From: Candidatus Rokuibacteriota bacterium
Lineage (GTDB): Bacteria; Methylomirabilota; Methylomirabilia; Rokubacteriales; CSP1-6
Reading direction: 5' to 3'
DNA length: 18,695 bases
NCBI GenBank assembly: GCA_016209385.1
Contig: JACQWB010000276.1
Coordinates: forward strand, 1 to 18,695
Part shown: positions 16,382 through 18,695 of the stretch, in pieces
Numbering within the stretch: the stretch's first letter is position 1
How the letters are laid out: every line of letters starts with the position of its first letter
Notes under the pieces: generated by a model
Databases searched by the model: none
Told to the model about the DNA's origin: nothing
The model's input: the letters and a program-made list of their open reading frames with translations, nothing else
Program-made: the position numbers and the translations under genes

Positions 16382-17326
16382 CTAGGCTTTACCTTTGAGC
16401 TTGGGGTCCAGGGCGTCCCGGACCCCGTCGCCGAAGAAGGTGAACGAGAGCATCGTGGCCGCGATCGCGATCGAGGGAAAGATCGAGAGGTGCCAGTAGG
16501 AGCGGAGGTACTGCTGGTTCTCCCCCACCATCTGTCCCCAGGACGGGGTCGGTGGGTTGATTCCCACCCCGATGAAGCTCAGCGCCGCCTCCGTGAAGAT
16601 CGCCTCGGGAACCCCGAAGGTCACCGCGACGATGATGGGCGTGACCGAATTGGGCAGGAGGTGGCGGGTCAGGAGACGAAACCCTCCGGCTCCGAGGGCC
16701 CGGGCCCCTTCCACGAACTCCTTCTCCTTGATCGAGAGGATCTGGGCACGGGTCTGCCGCGCGATCCCGACCCAGCCGGTCAGGCCGAGCGCGATGAAGA
16801 TGTTGGTGAGGCCCGCCCCCAGCATGGACATGACGAGAATGACGAAGAGGAGCCTGGGGAAAGCGTACATGACGTCGACGAATCGGGTGAGGAAGAGGTC
16901 CACGCGCCCGCCGAAATAGCCGGACACGGCGCCGATGGGCACGCCGATCAGCACCACGATCACCTGGGCACCGAGCCCCACGAGCATCGAGACCCGCGCC
17001 CCATAGATCATGCGCGAGAGGACGTCGCGCCCGAGCTGGTCCGTCCCCAGCGGGAACTGGCGCGACGGGAACTCGTAGGCGTGACCGAAGTTGGCCTTGG
17101 TGTACGCATACGGGGCGAGGATGTCGGCGAAGACCGCGACGAGGCAGAGGAGGACGACGACCAGGCCCCCGGCGACGGCCAGGCGGTTCCGCAGAAGCCG
17201 CCGCCAAGCATCCCGCCAGAGGCCCGTGCTTCGCGGCAGCTCGCGCGGCCAATCCAGGACGGCCGCGCTCGCCGGCGGCACCGCCTGCTCAACCGCCGGC
17301 CGCGCCACCTTCGAACCTACCCGCAC
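16382..17326 (-). CDS. ABC transporter permease, OppC/DppC-like, 314 aa
   Basis: N-terminal LWRDAWRRLLRNRLA motif typical of DppC/OppC, six TM pattern, conserved EAA-like loop region (GVPEAIFTEAALSFIGVG). Confidence 0.85.
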   Translation of the reverse strand: MRVGSKVARPAVEQAVPPASAAVLDWPRELPRSTGLWRDAWRRLLRNRLAVAGGLVVVLLCLVAVFADILAPYAYTKANFGHAYEFPSRQFPLGTDQLGRDVLSRMIYGARVSMLVGLGAQVIVVLIGVPIGAVSGYFGGRVDLFLTRFVDVMYAFPRLLFVILVMSMLGAGLTNIFIALGLTGWVGIARQTRAQILSIKEKEFVEGARALGAGGFRLLTRHLLPNSVTPIIVAVTFGVPEAIFTEAALSFIGVGINPPTPSWGQMVGENQQYLRSYWHLSIFPSIAIAATMLSFTFFGDGVRDALDPKLKGKA

Positions 17327-17332
17327 CCCTCC

Positions 17333-17385
17333 CTCTCCCTGTCAGGGAGAGCGCGCGGCTCACCCCTCTCCCCTCGGGGGAGAGG
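17333..17385. repeat. Two perfect GC-rich hairpins in the 74-nt oppB-oppC intercistronic spacer (CTCTCCCTG-T-CAGGGAGAG and CCTCTCCCC-TCG-GGGGAGAGG)
   Basis: Inverted repeats read directly from sequence; REP-like or mRNA-stability/attenuation element within an operon. Coordinates approximate. Confidence 0.45.
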
Positions 17386-17400
17386 CGGGATGAGGGGAGC

Positions 17401-18327
17401 TTAGTATCGAATCCGCGGGTCGAGAGCACCGTAGAGGAGGTCCACGACCAGGTTCATGATCGCGAGGAACGCTCCGTAGATCAGCACCACGCCCATGATC
17501 ATCGGGTAATCCCTGCCGGTCATCGACAGGACGAAGAACCGGCCCATCCCCGGAACGCGGAAGATGGATTCGACGAAGAAGGAGCCCGTTCCGACGGCCG
17601 CGAACATGGGCCCGAGGAGCGTCGCGACGGGAATCAGCGCATTTTTCAACACGTGCTTGCCGAGCACGAGCCGCTCCGTCATACCCTTCGCGCGCGCCGT
17701 CAAGACGTAGTCCGAGCGGATGACCTCCAGCACGCTCGCGCGGGTGTAGCGCGCGATGATCCCGAGCGGTCCCAGCGCCAGCGTGACCGTCGGAAGCACC
17801 CAGTCCCGTGGATGCGTCCAGCCTCCCGTGGGGAAGAGCGGGACGAGGAACGAGAAGAGCATGATGAGGAAGACCGCCAGGATGAAGTTAGGGATGCTCA
17901 CGCCGAACGTCGCGAGACCCACCGAGAGGTAATCCCACGTCCGGTTCTGATAGACCGCGGCCAGGATGCCGAGGCTGATCCCGCCCAGGATGGCGAGCAC
18001 GAGCGCCATGCTCCCCAGGAGGAGCGACACCGGGAACGTCTCGCGAAGGATCTCCTCGACCGTCCGCGTCTTGTAGACGAACGAGTAGCCGAAGTCGCCG
18101 TGGACCGCTTTCCCGACGAAGATGGCGAACTGCTGATAGAGGGGCTTGTCGAGGCCGTACTTCTCTGCCAGGTTGCGCTGGGCCTCCGGGCTCAGGGGAT
18201 TGGCCCCCTCCGCGACAGGATCGAGGGGGCTCCCCGGCGTGGCGTGCATCACCAGGAAGGTGATGAGCGCCATCGCCAGGAGCGTGGGGATCAGCCAGAA
18301 GACGCGACCGACGGCGTAACTGAGCAC
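17401..18327 (-). CDS. ABC transporter permease, OppB/DppB-like, 308 aa
   Basis: Typical DppB/OppB N-terminus (MLSYAVGRVFWLIPTLLAMALITFLVMHATPGSPLD), TM pattern; GTG start with AGGGGGG SD-like 6 nt upstream. Confidence 0.85.
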   Translation of the reverse strand: MLSYAVGRVFWLIPTLLAMALITFLVMHATPGSPLDPVAEGANPLSPEAQRNLAEKYGLDKPLYQQFAIFVGKAVHGDFGYSFVYKTRTVEEILRETFPVSLLLGSMALVLAILGGISLGILAAVYQNRTWDYLSVGLATFGVSIPNFILAVFLIMLFSFLVPLFPTGGWTHPRDWVLPTVTLALGPLGIIARYTRASVLEVIRSDYVLTARAKGMTERLVLGKHVLKNALIPVATLLGPMFAAVGTGSFFVESIFRVPGMGRFFVLSMTGRDYPMIMGVVLIYGAFLAIMNLVVDLLYGALDPRIRY

Positions 18328-18352
18328 GCCAACCCCCCTGTAGCCTTAGAAC

Positions 18353-18375
18353 GGGGGCGAAGCCCCCCTCCGAGC
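18353..18375. repeat. Hairpin GGGGGC-GAA-GCCCCC followed by CTCCGAG, upstream of oppB-like gene
   Basis: Near-identical to the 22-nt element at ~5187-5210 (GGGGG(G)CG[G/A]AGCCCCCCTCCGAG). Coordinates approximate. Confidence 0.4.
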
Positions 18376-18376
18376 T

Positions 18377-18577
18377 TCAATACTCCGCGGGCACCTTCAC
18401 CCGGCCCTGGGCGTCGTACAGGTACACCGCGCCCGCCTCCTCGTCGCGGGTCTTCTTGTGAGAACCGTCGCAGAAGGGTTTGTTCTTGGACAGCCCGCAG
18501 CCGCAGACCCAGATCGTCTGGCCGCCCTGCTCGACTTTGTACGGCTCGCTCCGGTCGTGCTTCACGAGTCTGGCCAC
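18377..18577 (-). CDS. CDGSH iron-sulfur domain protein (mitoNEET-like zinc-finger CDGSH type), 66 aa
   Basis: CDGSH motif in PFCDGSHKK preceded by CGCG cysteines (WVCGCGLSKNKPFCDGSH); GTG start with perfect AAGGAGGTGAT SD 5 nt upstream; the longer track ORF (to 18670) lacks SD support. Confidence 0.7.
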   Translation of the reverse strand: MARLVKHDRSEPYKVEQGGQTIWVCGCGLSKNKPFCDGSHKKTRDEEAGAVYLYDAQGRVKVPAEY

Positions 18578-18606
18578 TCGATCACCTCCTTTTCGATGCG
18601 GAGAGC

Positions 18607-18612
18607 ATTGTA
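18607..18612 (-). promoter_or_regulatory. Candidate -10 hexamer TACAAT (minus strand) ~30 nt upstream of the CDGSH gene start
   Basis: AT-rich TACAAT stands out in GC-rich context at appropriate distance from SD/start; no convincing -35. Coordinates approximate. Confidence 0.25.
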
Positions 18613-18695
18613 CCGCACCGCGCGAGATTCTGCGATATGATGGGACCGCGATGGCGCCGATCGCGCTCACGATTCTTCCCGAGAACCGCCAGCTC

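Noticed and set aside
1-18695. CRISPR arrays, tRNA/rRNA genes, IS elements or integrase/recombinase genes
   Set aside because: No regularly spaced direct repeats and no cloverleaf-like or rRNA-like segments noticed. No transposase/integrase-like ORFs in any frame. The only repeats are short GC hairpins.

Overview
High-GC (~68%) bacterial chromosomal window, densely coding, with a housekeeping/catabolic character. I saw no rRNA, tRNA, CRISPR array or mobile element. The gene content (many LLM flavin oxidoreductases, family III CoA-transferases, PF04392-type ABC binding proteins, acyl-CoA dehydrogenases) is typical of GC-rich soil or sediment lineages such as Rokubacteria, Actinobacteria or Deltaproteobacteria. 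That placement is inference only.

Gene order:
- Minus strand, a likely operon: DHDPS/DapA-family aldolase-lyase, then a phosphotriesterase-family (PTE/PLL) amidohydrolase, then an SDR NAD-dependent epimerase/dehydratase, then a hydantoinase/oxoprolinase A-family (HyuA) protein with no adjacent B subunit.
- Upstream on the minus strand: an acyl-CoA dehydrogenase, followed by a truncated isochorismatase-family remnant.
- Plus strand, tightly spaced and probably one operon: dienelactone-hydrolase lipoprotein, AiiA-like metallo-beta-lactamase-fold lactonase (HLHFDH motif), SPFH/band-7 (prohibitin-like) membrane protein, family III CoA-transferase (CaiB/BaiF), and a small retropepsin-like aspartic protease (DTGA motif).
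- Then: an LLM-class flavin monooxygenase (minus), a PF04392-type ABC substrate-binding protein interrupted by one in-frame TGA (plus), a pirin (plus), and on the minus strand a family-5 (Opp/Dpp-type) ABC transporter (Tat-signal binding protein plus two permeases) and a small CDGSH iron-sulfur protein.

Non-coding structure:
- Three related GC-rich GAA/GGA-loop hairpins sit near a CCCTCCGAG motif upstream of three minus-strand genes.
- The 74-nt oppB-oppC spacer holds two perfect hairpins.
- A strong 11-bp-stem bidirectional terminator hairpin lies between the convergent pirin and binding-protein genes.
- A 55-aa acidic ORF with a good Shine-Dalgarno (SD) sequence sits in the divergent ACAD/DLH region.

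Many long antisense ORFs in the six-frame track are GC-driven artefacts. I found no clear defence or novel multi-gene system. The most unusual items are the stop-interrupted binding protein, the concentration of three lactone-hydrolase families, and the SPFH-retropepsin pairing.
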